64,000 bases of DNA. Source: Hyaloraphidium curvatum SAG 235-1. Its lineage: Eukaryota; Fungi; Monoblepharomycota. Each line of letters starts with the position of its first letter. The stretch's first letter is position 1. The translations under genes were made by a program, and so were the position numbers. Of this stretch, positions 42,259-52,648 are shown one piece after another. The stretch covers positions 1 to 64,000 of the forward strand of contig JAIVFI010000033.1 in assembly GCA_025558095.1 (NCBI GenBank), given 5' to 3'. The notes beneath the pieces are model-generated. The model was not told the origin of the DNA, did no database searches, and was given only the letters and a program-made list of their open reading frames with translations.

Positions 42259-42756
42259 TCAGAGGGGCAGGGTGTACTCCCCCGTCAGGTCCGCGTAGAA
42301 CTCTTCGCGGACCTGGAAGTAATCGTCCGGCTTGTACCCCGCGTCGGCCGGCACCGTGACCGAGTCCCTCGTCCCCGCGACGGCGAAGTGCTTCACCTTG
42401 GCCTCGAGCCCCAGCGTCGCCTTGCCGCCGTCGACCTCGAACTTGGTCACCTCGACGCCCTCGCGGAAGGACGACACGGGCACCATGCTCCTCGTGGTCC
42501 ACCCCTCGACGGCCAGTCCGGGGGTCCCGAGCTCCGGCGCGATGTACCGCAGCTTCGCGGCGACCGTGGCCGCGGTGTCGTCCGCCTCCAGGGGGGCGGA
42601 GAAGCCCACGGCCATGCCCTTGGCGCCGTACGAGACGGGCTTGCCGCCGCCGTGCGCGGGGTGCGCAGTCAGGGCGAGCGTCTGGGACGCCGGGAAGGTC
42701 TTGTTGGGGAGGGAGGCGAGCCACGCCCGGGCGGCGTCGGCGGCGGCGGCAGACAT
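42259..42756 (-). CDS. Hypothetical protein (about 165 aa)
   Basis: ATG 42756 opens a beta-rich protein-like sequence with strong GC3 codon bias; no family recognised. Confidence 0.65.
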   Translation of the reverse strand: MSAAAADAARAWLASLPNKTFPASQTLALTAHPAHGGGKPVSYGAKGMAVGFSAPLEADDTAATVAAKLRYIAPELGTPGLAVEGWTTRSMVPVSSFREGVEVTKFEVDGGKATLGLEAKVKHFAVAGTRDSVTVPADAGYKPDDYFQVREEFYADLTGEYTLPL

Positions 42757-42926
42757 GGTTCGGAGGCGATTTGCGGTGCGATGCGGAAGGAATGCGGCTC
42801 GAATGCGGTTCTGCAGCGAGATGTGCGGTGGCGGGCAGGGCCCTGAGCGACTTCTTGTATTTGCCCTTGACCGTGGCTGAGCACCACGCTTTCCTAAGCA
42901 GATCCAAGTGGGAGGCCCACGATCCA

Positions 42927-43608
42927 TCAGACGACCGCGGCGCCCACAGGCACCTCCGTCTGCTGCGTCGGGGCCCGCCGCGACTTTCCAGCTTGCCAAC
43001 TGCCCAGCATTCTCAGCCATTCGTACCCCTCCGACTGAATGTCCAGGGAGACGATCCGCTTGATCTTGCCGTCGGCGTTGAAGACGAGGCTGAGGAAGGA
43101 CGTCGGAGGCCCTGGGAAAGCGTCGTGAATGGGGACGATCTTTCCCGCCACCGCGGGGGTGTGCACCTTGCCGCCCACGACGTCGAGACCTTGCAGGCCC
43201 AGGGAGAACCACTCCCGTATGACGTGTGCGATCGGATCTGTGGATGCTTCGCAGCTTAGCATCCATCGTTAACTCACTTCGGGTTCGGGAGCGGCACAGA
43301 CCTTTCCCGATGAGGCCATTTCCCGACGAGCCGTAGTGCTCGGCTGCAGGTACAGAACCGGGAAAAGATCAGAAGCAGAAGCGGGCATGGCCATGGACCC
43401 ACCGTCGTCGGCGAGCAGCTCCGCAAACGCCTCCGGCCCCTTCTCCAGCGCCGTGCGCACCCTTTCGAACCCCCTCCTTCGCAGCAGGATGTCCGTCGGG
43501 GGGAACCTGCGAGACCTTGGCCTTGTGCTCGCGCAGGGCGTCCGCCCATTTCCTTGTGCCCAGCGCGTCCGGGAATGCCTTGATCTCGTCCTTGAGCGCG
43601 TTGCTCAT
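42927..43608 (-). CDS. Hypothetical protein, weakly NTF2/SnoaL-like (about 3 exons)
   Basis: Segments MSNALKDEIKAF.., ALEKGPEAFAELLADDG.. and SFLSLVFNADGKIKRIVS are separated by intron-like gaps. Confidence 0.45.
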
Positions 43609-43860
43609 GCGGCCGAGCCGAGCTGCGTGCCGCGTCAGCGACCTGAAACACGACATGACAGCAAACGGAGCCCACCCCAGCAATCCGCATTCAGACCACG
43701 CGGGCAACAATGGTGCACGTGGAATGAACAGCTTTGTCAGGGTCCAGACTCGTTTCGCCGAGGTCGAGTCGGTGGCGGAGATCGGGATGGTGGGAGACGG
43801 CGGGGACCGAGTGCGGAATGTTCGAGCGCCGCCCGCGCTCACCCCACTCCGATCCCATAG

Positions 43861-44687
43861 CGGTCGGCTGCAAGCGCATCTGCGTGGACACCAACTACTA
43901 CGAGACCTGTGGGCCCCCTGTTACCGCCGCAGGGATGCCTCCCTGACTCGCTTGTGGCCGCAGACAACCTCCCCCACGTCAAGCTCGTTTCGGTCAAATC
44001 CAACGCCATCACCGACGTCGGCGGCCCCTCGGGCCTGATCACCCTGGCCGACGGCACCACCTACGGCCCCTTCGACGTGATCGTCTCCGCGACGGGCTTC
44101 GACGCCCTCACCGGCGCCATCATGCGGATCAACATCACCGGCCGGGACGGGCTGACGATCAAGGAGGCGTGGGAGGCAGGGCCGGTCAACTACCTTGGCC
44201 TTTTCGTCCGCGGGTTCCACAACATGTTTATCGTCACGGTGGGTTCTGGGCGGGGATGCGGGCCGGCGTGCGGGTGCTGATTGGCGCGCGCGCTGGACGG
44301 CAGGGTCCCGGATCCCCTGGCGTGCTCACCTGCATGATCAACTCGATCGAGCATCACTCGGAATGGATCCTCAGCAGGTGCATCCTCGACATGGAACGCG
44401 ACGGTGTTGCGCGGATCGAGGCGACACAGGAGGCCCAGGACGGCTGGGTCGGCCACGTGAACGCCGTCGCGGACGGGACCCTGTTCCGGTCGTGCGCGAG
44501 CTGGCATTTAGGGGCCAACGTAGCAGGCAAGCCGAGGGTCTTTAGTGGGTGCTCATCCCGCCTGCGATGGAAGTGAATTTGACTCGACTCGCGATCAGTG
44601 CCCCTGATCGGGCTTCCGGACTACGTCGTGCGGTGTGCCGAGGTGCAGGAGAACGGGTACAAATGCCTCGAGCTGACTGCCGCCTAG
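43861..44687 (+). pseudogene. 3' half of a Baeyer-Villiger monooxygenase (CHMO/PAMO type), 5'-truncated
   Basis: GCKRICVDTNYYET, ATGFDALTG, T|GPGSPGVL, SWHLGANVAGKPRVF|MP, with three introns. No N-terminal FAD motif or FxGxxxH fingerprint upstream, and the next gene is about 250 bp away. Confidence 0.75.
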
Positions 44688-44895
44688 AATGTTTCCGTTG
44701 CGCAATAGATCTCACAGCCTCAAAACCACCGCAGTTTGCAAGATGTTGATCCGGCGCCGCCGAAGCGCGAGTAGGCGAAGGCAACCTATGACTGGAGGCA
44801 ATGAAAAAGCCGAGCAACTACCGGGGCCTCAAAAAGCTTACACTAGGCAACGGCAATGACGGTATGGGCTAGGCCGGGTTGGGAGACGCGCAGCC

Positions 44896-45140
44896 AGGGG
44901 GTGTACCGGACCATGCAGAGCATAAGCCCGGCAACTGGGTGACGCGGCGGCGCCGGGTGCGCGCGCGATCGGCGGGACGGGCTGTTGTTGATAGTGTCGA
45001 AGAATCGATGGCTTTTGTAGGACTGTAGCTCGATGCCACCAGGTGGCGCATCTGGGATCGATGCTGGGAGCGCCGCGGCGCCCGAGCTTGCCGCTCTGGT
45101 TACACACGGCCTTTGCGCTACCTCGTGCTCGATCCGCCGG
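44896..45140 (+). repeat. Direct repeat copy 1 (about 240 bp) of 46909-47150
   Basis: Visibly near-identical to the last codons and 3' flank of the 45457-46953 gene (ggtgtacc..accatgcagagcat..gcgctacctcgtgctcgatccgcc). Confidence 0.92.
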
Positions 45141-45456
45141 CGAACACAATGGAAACCCCCGATGGAAGCCAAGGGCTGCCGGTGCAGGATGACAAGACCG
45201 ACCCGGGGCCGTTCCCCTCGTCCAACTTCCCCCTCTGCCTCTGCCTATGGTAGGCATCGTGGTCGCACGAGGGTTGTTCTCCGTAGAATCGTGAGGCGAC
45301 AGGGGACGTAACTCAGATCTCTATCACAGGCGCGACGAGTCATCCGGCCCCGCCGAAGCCCGAGAGAAGGCAACGACCACCTAAGACCGGAGGCAATGAA
45401 AAGATCTTGGAACGCGCGGCAACAGCGATTACCAGGACGCTCGGCGCGGGAGACAA

Positions 45457-46953
45457 ATGGCGCTGTCCGACAAGACGGTGGACCGCACGGCCCTTGCGGC
45501 GCTCCTGCCGGAGGCGGCGTGGCTGGCCGTCCTCCCGCGGGCGCCGCCGGGCCCTGGGCCACGAGGCACGGCGGTGCGCGACCCCGCGGGGCCTGCGCGC
45601 GCCGACGCGCCGATGACCGCCCCGGTGCTGCTCGCCGGGCTGTCGGAATCCTCTCCGATCCTCGCCGCCGCCGCACGGGTGCAGCTTTTCCTGGCGCCGT
45701 TCGCGAGGCACACCATTGCGCGCAATGCTGCGTGGTTCGTCTCCTTCATCCCGCTGCTTGCCCTACCGTGGGTGTTCAACGACGGGTCTTTTGGCACAAA
45801 GGAGCTCGCCGTCGGCACCGCCACCGTGTGCTTCGGGATGCTTGGAGCTACTATGGGGCTTGCCATCTTTGCCGCCTACGGGGCGTCGCTGAGCGTGGCC
45901 CCGGATTACTCGACCCACGCGGCCGCAGGCCTGGTCCGCTGGGTCCAGATGACGAAAGGAAGGATGCCGACGGACCACGGCTTTATCGATCTCCCCCTGT
46001 CGCCCTTGCTCGAGCATCAGGACGGCGATCCGCACTGTCCGTGCAGCAAACAGTCCTGCGCGGGCGGGATTCCGGTTCGGGCCGGGTGGCTGCTCGGCTT
46101 CGAGATCGGGTTCAAGCTTTGCTACACGCTGGCAAATGTGCTCCTCATCAGCTGGACACCGCTGGCGTACCCAAATATCGCGCGTTCGGTGTGGACGACG
46201 CCGTGGCCTGCTTTCTTCGGCGCCTTATACTGGGCTGTGGGTATCTTCGCCATAGTTGCGCCCGTATGCCTCGTCAGGTTTTCCCACAACGTGGCCATGC
46301 TCCGCCTCGCGGAACGCGTTGAGTCCCATGCCATGAACCTCGCCCTGGACTCGATGCTGTCGCCCTACCGGACCGCCGCGGCTTCCGGCCCCTCACACTT
46401 CGACGCCGATGCGCTCCCGCCCCGCCCCGCCGCTTTCGACCTGTACGCCCTCTTTGCTGCGGAATGGCAGCGCCGCGTCCGCCAATTCAACGCCTCCTCC
46501 CCCATGATCGTCTCCACCTCGTGCATGCTTGTCGGCGCGATCCTGAACCCCATTTTCTGTTCCTGCATCCCGGCCCTCTACCTCATGTACATCGGCTACA
46601 ACGGCCTCATGCAGCTCATCGACCTCGTCAACGTGGCCGCGGCCAACGCGACTATCGACCGCATCCGCGGGCAGCTCCTCGACGCCCTCCGCGAACTCCG
46701 GGAGCTGCGCCGGGAGCTCGTCCGCACCGCGCCGCCCGCGCTCCTGGCCCTGCTCGACTCGGACGCCGACGCGCTGGCGCCCTTCCTGGACGTCGAGCGG
46801 TTTCGCGCGAGGCTGTTGGGGATCCCGGTGGTCTACGGCGTGGTGCGGACGCTGCTGGTGACCGTTTTCACGCTTGCCGTGGGGCTGTGGTCCATTCTGA
46901 GGGGACTGGGGGTGTACCTGACCATGCAGAGCATATGCCCGGCAACGGGGTGA
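45457..46953 (+). CDS. Seven-transmembrane protein, candidate gustatory-receptor-like (7TMIC) channel
   Basis: Single 498-aa ORF with seven hydrophobic segments and C-terminal FRARLLGIPVVYGVVRTLLVTVFTLAVGLWSIL. The CDS is well supported; the family call is inference. Confidence 0.75.
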   Translation: MALSDKTVDRTALAALLPEAAWLAVLPRAPPGPGPRGTAVRDPAGPARADAPMTAPVLLAGLSESSPILAAAARVQLFLAPFARHTIARNAAWFVSFIPLLALPWVFNDGSFGTKELAVGTATVCFGMLGATMGLAIFAAYGASLSVAPDYSTHAAAGLVRWVQMTKGRMPTDHGFIDLPLSPLLEHQDGDPHCPCSKQSCAGGIPVRAGWLLGFEIGFKLCYTLANVLLISWTPLAYPNIARSVWTTPWPAFFGALYWAVGIFAIVAPVCLVRFSHNVAMLRLAERVESHAMNLALDSMLSPYRTAAASGPSHFDADALPPRPAAFDLYALFAAEWQRRVRQFNASSPMIVSTSCMLVGAILNPIFCSCIPALYLMYIGYNGLMQLIDLVNVAAANATIDRIRGQLLDALRELRELRRELVRTAPPALLALLDSDADALAPFLDVERFRARLLGIPVVYGVVRTLLVTVFTLAVGLWSILRGLGVYLTMQSICPATG

Positions 46954-47150
46954 CGCGGCGGCCCCGGAAGTGCGCGCGATCGGCGGGACGGGCTGTTGTT
47001 GATAGCCGAGGAATCGATGGCTTTTGCGGAACTGAAGCTCGATGCCGCCAGGTGGAGCATGTGGGATCGATGCTGGGAGCGCCGCCGCGCCCGAGCTTGC
47101 CGCTCTGGTTCCACACGACCTTTGCGCTACCTCGTGCTCGATCCGCCAGC
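46909..47150 (+). repeat. Direct repeat copy 2 (3' end of the 7-TM gene plus 3' flank)
   Basis: Matches 44896-45140. Confidence 0.92.
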
Positions 47151-47172
47151 ATTCCGCCTGCCGCCCGTCCGG

Positions 47173-48327
47173 TCACACGGTCTGCAGCGCCGCCAGCAAC
47201 CCGTCCATCGCCGCCCTCGCCCTTTCCACCGCCTCCTCCCACCACACCCCCGGATGCTCCGGCTCCTTCCCGTGCGGCCCCGAGACGAGGACCAGCTCCC
47301 CGTCCGCGTTCAGGTCCACGTACTGCCCGCTTTCGACCCGCGCGGCGGAGTGGTCCGCGTCCGCGGGGGCAAGGAAGGGCTGTTCGAGGGCTTCGCGGGC
47401 GGTTATGCGGGTTTCGGGGTGCGGGTCCAGGGTGGCGCGGAGGAACGCGCGGGCGGCGGGGGACAGCGCCGCGGGGAGGTCCAGCGCGCCGCCGGCGATC
47501 CGGTTGTAGAGCTCCAGCAGGCTCGCCGAGTCGGAAAAGGGGGTCCGTCCCGTGAGGAGGAAGTGCGCGGTACAGCCGGCCGCCCAGACGTCCGCGCCGG
47601 GGCCGTACGGGAGGCCCAACACGAGCTCGGGGGAGAGGAAGTACGGCGTTCCGGTGAATGTGGAGCGGGAAATGGGGGCGGGGGGCGGGAACGCGCCGCG
47701 GGGGGAGGTTGCGACGAGCGTCTGCTCCGATTCGAGGCGCTCCGAGGGGAGCTTGCCGTCGTCAGGGGGCGGCAGCGGGCCGACGTGGGCCGAGCCAAAG
47801 TCGCCGAGGCAGAGGGAGGAGGCAGGGTGGCGGGCGTCGCGGATCAGGATGTTTGCGGGCTTGAGGTCGCGGTGGGCGACGCCCGCGGCGTGCAGGCCGG
47901 CCAGGGCGGAGAACACCGAGACGAGGATGGCCGACGCCTCGGGCTCGGGGAGCGCGCCGCCCCTGCTCGCCACGTACTGCGCCAGGTCCATCCCGCAGTG
48001 CTCGAACACGAGGTAGTGCGACGAGGGCGTCTCGAAGTCGTCCACGAGCGGCAGCACGAGGTGCCGCCAGCCGTCCGCGCCGGGCAGCTCCGCCACGCGC
48101 CGCCGCACCGCGAGCTCCGCCGCCACGCCGACCGCCGCCGCGCCGGGCGACGCCGGCCCCGCTCCGCCCCCCGCCCGCTCGCACTTCTTCACTGCCCGGA
48201 GCCGCGCGGTTGGAACATGGAGCGCCAGCCTCACCGTCCCCTGCGCGCCGCCCCCGAGCACGCCGAAAAACAGGTATTCCCGACGTTTCGCCCGCCCTTC
48301 GGCAAAGGGATCGGCGCCGATGGGCAT
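47173..48327 (-). CDS. Ser/Thr protein kinase
   Basis: LGGGAQGTV, AVK, HRDLKPANIL, DFG, GTPYFLSPE, DVWAAG. The start is approximate. Confidence 0.9.
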   Translation of the reverse strand: MPIGADPFAEGRAKRREYLFFGVLGGGAQGTVRLALHVPTARLRAVKKCERAGGGAGPASPGAAAVGVAAELAVRRRVAELPGADGWRHLVLPLVDDFETPSSHYLVFEHCGMDLAQYVASRGGALPEPEASAILVSVFSALAGLHAAGVAHRDLKPANILIRDARHPASSLCLGDFGSAHVGPLPPPDDGKLPSERLESEQTLVATSPRGAFPPPAPISRSTFTGTPYFLSPELVLGLPYGPGADVWAAGCTAHFLLTGRTPFSDSASLLELYNRIAGGALDLPAALSPAARAFLRATLDPHPETRITAREALEQPFLAPADADHSAARVESGQYVDLNADGELVLVSGPHGKEPEHPGVWWEEAVERARAAMDGLLAALQTV

Positions 48328-48627
48328 CGCTTGGCGGGCGGGTTGCGGTTGGCCGGTCGTCACGAGCCGCCGGCCGGCCAAGGCCTCGACTTGCCGCAAA
48401 ACACGGCGGCCGATGTCGAGGTCTGCGAGGTCCGCAGGTGGCCGCGGCGGCGGATCGGTGTCGGACCGCGTCGGAATCCGCCGGATCGGGGGCTCCGCGC
48501 CGGAATCGGTGCGTCGGCCTGGCACTGGACCCGTTTGCCGCTTCACCGCCTCGGACTCGAACGCCGTCCGATTCGATCGTGTTGGACGGAGCAGGATCGA
48601 GTAGAGCCGGAAGCAGCGAGCACCGCG

Positions 48628-50055
48628 TCACGTCGTCTGACCGCCGTTGTCGTACAGCTCCCCGAGCCCCGGCGGCATCTCCCCACCAAAGAACCCCCCC
48701 CAATCGACCCTCTTCCGCCCCTCCGGCCCGTTGCCCCCGGCCCCGACGACCCCGGGATACACCCTCCTCGCACGCGGGTGCCTCCCCGCGGCGAACCTCT
48801 GCGCGGCGACCCACCTCTGCACCACCCCGCGGCCGTACGCGCGCACCGAGTCCCCGTACATCGCCGCGGCGATCGACTCCCTCCCCCGCGCGGCGATCCG
48901 CCCCGCGAGCCCGGGATTGCCGCGGAGCATCCGCACCGTCGGGGCGAGCGCGTCCAGGCGGCCGTCGCAGGGGACGTAGTCCCGCCAGGGGACGAGGAAA
49001 TGGTCGTACCATTCGCGGCACGGGGAGAGCTGCCTCACCGTGCAGGTGCCCAGGGCCAGGAGGAGGCGGAGGCGGTCCGCCCAGCCGCAGTTGCCTTCCA
49101 CGTGGAGCGCGATGCGGTACGAGGCGAAGCGCGAGGCGGGCATGGATTCCGGGGGGGTGCCGCGGTACCTTTCCGGGGCAGTTGCGTTGGGAAGGGAGGG
49201 GAAGATGAGGGGGAAGCCGCGGAGGTTGACGTCCAGGGAGGAGGGGTCCGCGAGGGCGAGTGCGAGGAGGCGCTGCCGGCCGGCGATGCGGGGGAAGTTC
49301 TCCGGGGTGATGGCGACGGCGGCCGGGGCGGCGCCGCCGCAGGAGGAGGGGTGGGCGAGAAGCGCGGCGACGTCGGAGGAGGAAGCCAGGTGCGCCAGGG
49401 TAGCGTTGATGTCCGTGGCCGTGCCCCCCTCGCCGCAGCCGAAGCTCGTCCTCCCTGCGGGGGTGCCCCGGAAGACGGCCCTGTTTGCCCGCTCCTCCCA
49501 GGGCGGCGGCGGAATCTCCAGGGCCGGCGGCCTCCACTGCTCGCCCGGCCGCGGCACCGCGCCGTCGACGGCGTGCCTGAAGACGGCCACGGGCACCGAC
49601 AGGTTCGAGCGCCCGCAGGCGACGAGCGAGAGCACCGGGCCCGCGGCCTCGTCGCAGTCGCCCATGCCGAAGCGCATGTCGGCGTCGGGCTCGCCCGGCC
49701 CGTCGGGGAGCGCCAGCAGCGCGTTCGCGAGCCGGACGAGCGCCGGCGGCCACCTCCACGGCGACGTTGCCGAGAGGAGCTGGTCCGCGGGCGGGACGAC
49801 GAGGTGCCACGCGCCGCCGAGGCGCTGCACGCGGAACGCCTCGCGGCCGTCGTCAAAGTCGGACGGCCGGATCCCCCGGGCGGAGATGGCGGCAAAGTGC
49901 GCGTCGAGGACCGCGGAGATGGCCTCGGCGGGGAGCCGCGGGGGGCGCGTGCGTGCGGGCGGCGGCGGGGGCACCGGCAGCGCGGGCAGCGCAACAAACA
50001 GCAAGAGCAGCAGGCAGGCAATCGCGCGGGCTGTCCGCCAGTACACATCTGGCAT
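48628..50055 (-). CDS. Glycosyltransferase family 90 (CAP10/Cxt1/POGLUT-like)
   Basis: Type II anchor; PPWEERANRAVFRG; YRIALHVEGNCGWADRLRLLL; EWYDHFLVPWRDYVP; IAARG. Confidence 0.88.
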   Translation of the reverse strand: MPDVYWRTARAIACLLLLLFVALPALPVPPPPPARTRPPRLPAEAISAVLDAHFAAISARGIRPSDFDDGREAFRVQRLGGAWHLVVPPADQLLSATSPWRWPPALVRLANALLALPDGPGEPDADMRFGMGDCDEAAGPVLSLVACGRSNLSVPVAVFRHAVDGAVPRPGEQWRPPALEIPPPPWEERANRAVFRGTPAGRTSFGCGEGGTATDINATLAHLASSSDVAALLAHPSSCGGAAPAAVAITPENFPRIAGRQRLLALALADPSSLDVNLRGFPLIFPSLPNATAPERYRGTPPESMPASRFASYRIALHVEGNCGWADRLRLLLALGTCTVRQLSPCREWYDHFLVPWRDYVPCDGRLDALAPTVRMLRGNPGLAGRIAARGRESIAAAMYGDSVRAYGRGVVQRWVAAQRFAAGRHPRARRVYPGVVGAGGNGPEGRKRVDWGGFFGGEMPPGLGELYDNGGQTT

Positions 50056-50181
50056 TTTGGTGGGACCGCGGGTGCGGGTTGCGGGAGCGGGCCGTCTGTT
50101 GGCTATCGTAGTTGCAAGAAGGGGCGGCCGACATCGATTAGACCATCCAGACATCGAGTCCATCGAAGCAGGCCCGCATCC

Positions 50182-51657
50182 TCATCCCCCTCCCTCCACC
50201 GCCCGCCCCACCTCCTCCCACAGCGCCCCCCACTCCTCCACCCTCGCGCTCGTACCAGCCTCCCCCTCCAGCCTCCTCACCCTGCCCACCGCCCCCTCGT
50301 CCACGACCGCGCAGTGCTCCCCGTCGGCCCTCCTCTCCCACGCCACCGGCTCGTCCACCCACGCCTCGAACGGCCCCGCCCCCGCGCGGGAGGACGGGCC
50401 CCAGGGCGCGAACCCCCCGTTCCAGTACAGCAGCCGCGGCGCCCCCTCCCCGGGCACCGCCGCCAGATGCGCCTGCTTGGCCGCGCTGCACAGCCGCGGG
50501 GCATCCTGCGCCGGTGCGGGCAGGGCGGGGCGGCACGGGTCCCCCGCCCTGGGGGAGCGCGGCCGCGAGGAGAAGCTCCCGATCGCGGCGATGGGGTGCG
50601 GGGAAAACGCGTAGCTCGCGTTGGCCGAGACGGCGCCGGCGAGGTGCCATCCCATCCACCACGCCTCCTTGTCGCCGTGGGTATGCGCCAAAAGGCCGTG
50701 CCGCGCGCGGGTGGACGCCAGCGCGGCGGCGCCGACGAGGCCGCGCAGCACGGCGGGGCGGCGCAGGTCCAGGAGCACGGCGGAGGACGACATGTCGTGA
50801 AAGGATGCGCCCGTTGCGAGGGGGCGGCGGAGGAGGGCGGCGCGTTCCGCGGGGGAGGGGTTGGGGGGGAGGAGGGAGCGGAGGAAGGCGCGTTGGTGGG
50901 GGCGGCCGCGGCACATTGCGTGGCGGTCCCGCTGGAAGAGGGTGCCTGATTCGGTGTAGAGGGGGTCGGAGAAGAGGAGGGCGGGGGTCAGGAGGAAGAC
51001 GCTGTCGGCGTCGAGCACGAGGACCTCGGCAAAGGAGGAGGCGAGGGCGGCAAAGATCTTGGCGCCGAAGCGCCTGCCCACCGACGCCGGGGCGATGCCC
51101 GTTGGGTCGAAGACGTCCGCGAGCGAGCGCACGTCCAGCGTCAGGTTGAGCTTTGCCGCGGCGCCCTTCAGGTTTCCGACGTCCAGCTCGCCGCCGCCGA
51201 GGTGCCACATCTCGAGCGGCAGGTCCGTCAGCCTCCCGAGGTGCGCGGCCAGAAACAGCGCGTGCCGCAAGTGCCGGTCCGCCAGCGGCACCACGATGCC
51301 GCGTTTGCTGCGCCGGGTGGGGTCCAGCAGCCCGCCGAGGCCGCTTTCTGGCCCGAGGAACGGCAGCAGCACGCGGGCTTCCGCCTCGCGGCCGGCCAGC
51401 CCCGCTGTCCGCCCGCCGTGTGCCGCTCCCCGCCCGCCCTCCCAGCCGTCCAGCAGCGCCCGCAGCCGCACCCCCAGAGCCGCGTGGTGCGCCAGCGGCT
51501 CCCCCTCGGGCGTCAGCGGCGGTGGGGCGACCCCGACCCCGACCACTCCGCCTTCCCCGGCCCCGCCCCCGCCGTCCCGCCCCCGCGACATCAGCCCGAG
51601 CCACGCGAGCAGCACGCAGGCCGCGTGGAATGCCGCGCGGAGGACGGGCGGCCGCAT
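50182..51657 (-). CDS. Glycosyltransferase family 71 (Mnn1/Mnn2-like alpha-mannosyltransferase)
   Basis: Type II anchor; RGIVV; LPLEMWH; AKIFAALASSFAEVLVLDADS (DxD); P..LF..Y...GTLF..D; HGDKEAWW. Confidence 0.9.
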   Translation of the reverse strand: MRPPVLRAAFHAACVLLAWLGLMSRGRDGGGGAGEGGVVGVGVAPPPLTPEGEPLAHHAALGVRLRALLDGWEGGRGAAHGGRTAGLAGREAEARVLLPFLGPESGLGGLLDPTRRSKRGIVVPLADRHLRHALFLAAHLGRLTDLPLEMWHLGGGELDVGNLKGAAAKLNLTLDVRSLADVFDPTGIAPASVGRRFGAKIFAALASSFAEVLVLDADSVFLLTPALLFSDPLYTESGTLFQRDRHAMCRGRPHQRAFLRSLLPPNPSPAERAALLRRPLATGASFHDMSSSAVLLDLRRPAVLRGLVGAAALASTRARHGLLAHTHGDKEAWWMGWHLAGAVSANASYAFSPHPIAAIGSFSSRPRSPRAGDPCRPALPAPAQDAPRLCSAAKQAHLAAVPGEGAPRLLYWNGGFAPWGPSSRAGAGPFEAWVDEPVAWERRADGEHCAVVDEGAVGRVRRLEGEAGTSARVEEWGALWEEVGRAVEGGG

Positions 51658-51797
51658 GGGTGCGTGCTGGCGTCGCACAAACAAGAGGCGGCCCAGCCGC
51701 CAAGGGCTGGAGCCCCAGGACCCAGGCAAGCACCAACGGCCCAATGAGGAACGGCAAGGCCGTCGGCCGCAAAAGAACTTCGGCATCGTGGACACGG

Positions 51798-52462
51798 ACT
51801 GCAAAGCGAAATTGCGGCGCACATTGCGACCCCGTGGTTCGACAAACGCGCTCCTGACTCGGCCGGCCTTTGAAGCCTCGTCGAGTCCACCTTGGACAGC
51901 GGCGCCTCGCATGCCCCCCCATCCTCACCCGTTCTCGGGCGCCGGCAGGTACCCCCACCCCTTCACCGTCCACAGCATGCGCCCCGGGCACGCGGCCCAG
52001 CCCACCTCCCTCGCGCGCTGCGAAAAGGTGCTCCGCCGCGTCGCCAGCGCCCTCGCCGCGCACCCCAGGAGGAGCTGGTCGAGCACCGACGCCGCCGCGT
52101 GGTCGCGCTGGATCGCGGCGTTCCGCTTCATGTTGGCGGGGGCGGTCGGGGGTGGGGAGGAGAAGATCGGGGAGAGGAGGGGGTGCGACCGGAGGCGCGG
52201 GAGGAAGAGCACCGCGGGCGGCGGGTCGGGGGGCGAAAGCCGTGCGAGGTCGGCGCGGAGGAGGTCCCACGTGGAATGTCGGGCATCGCCGCCGATCAGG
52301 AGCACCGCGCGCTCGCGGGGAGTACGACGCCGCCAGGCCTCGGCGGCGGGGAAGGTGCCGGGGACGAAGAGGTCCACGTCGCAGCCGGGCTTGTCTTTGC
52401 CGACCGCCTTGCGGGTGACTTCGCAGGTGTCTCAAAGTCTGCGGAGCAGACGTGCGCGGAGA
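51798..52462 (-). pseudogene. Partial duplicate (about 665 bp) of the 3' end and 3' flank of the O-fucosyltransferase gene (55356-56031)
   Basis: Near-identical DNA encoding AVLLIGGDA...DQLLLGC...RRSTFSQR...PAPENG*. It has a 1-nt indel near 52430 and no 5' part. Confidence 0.9.
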
Positions 52463-52648
52463 CGTGCTGCGCGAGCCCGGCTCGGAAAAAGCGGTCGCGT
52501 GGGCGGGCAGCGCCTCACGCATCGGTGGCCCCCGCCCTCGCCGTCCTCGCATTCGCTGCCGGAATCGTCGAAATTTTCGGCCATCGCGTTGTGGGGGGTG
52601 ATGATGTGGCGATCCCAACGCGCGTCCCCGAAACGACGTGAACAAGCC

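Noticed and set aside
44896-47150. Direct repeats flanking the 7-TM gene as LTRs or a transposon
   Set aside because: The repeat includes the gene's own last codons. I see no TG...CA ends, primer-binding site, gag/pol or transposase.
46996-50949. 1317-aa plus-strand ORF
   Set aside because: It is the antisense shadow of the kinase, GT90 and GT71 genes. It is Arg/Gly/Pro-rich and has no motifs; stop codons are rare at this GC content.
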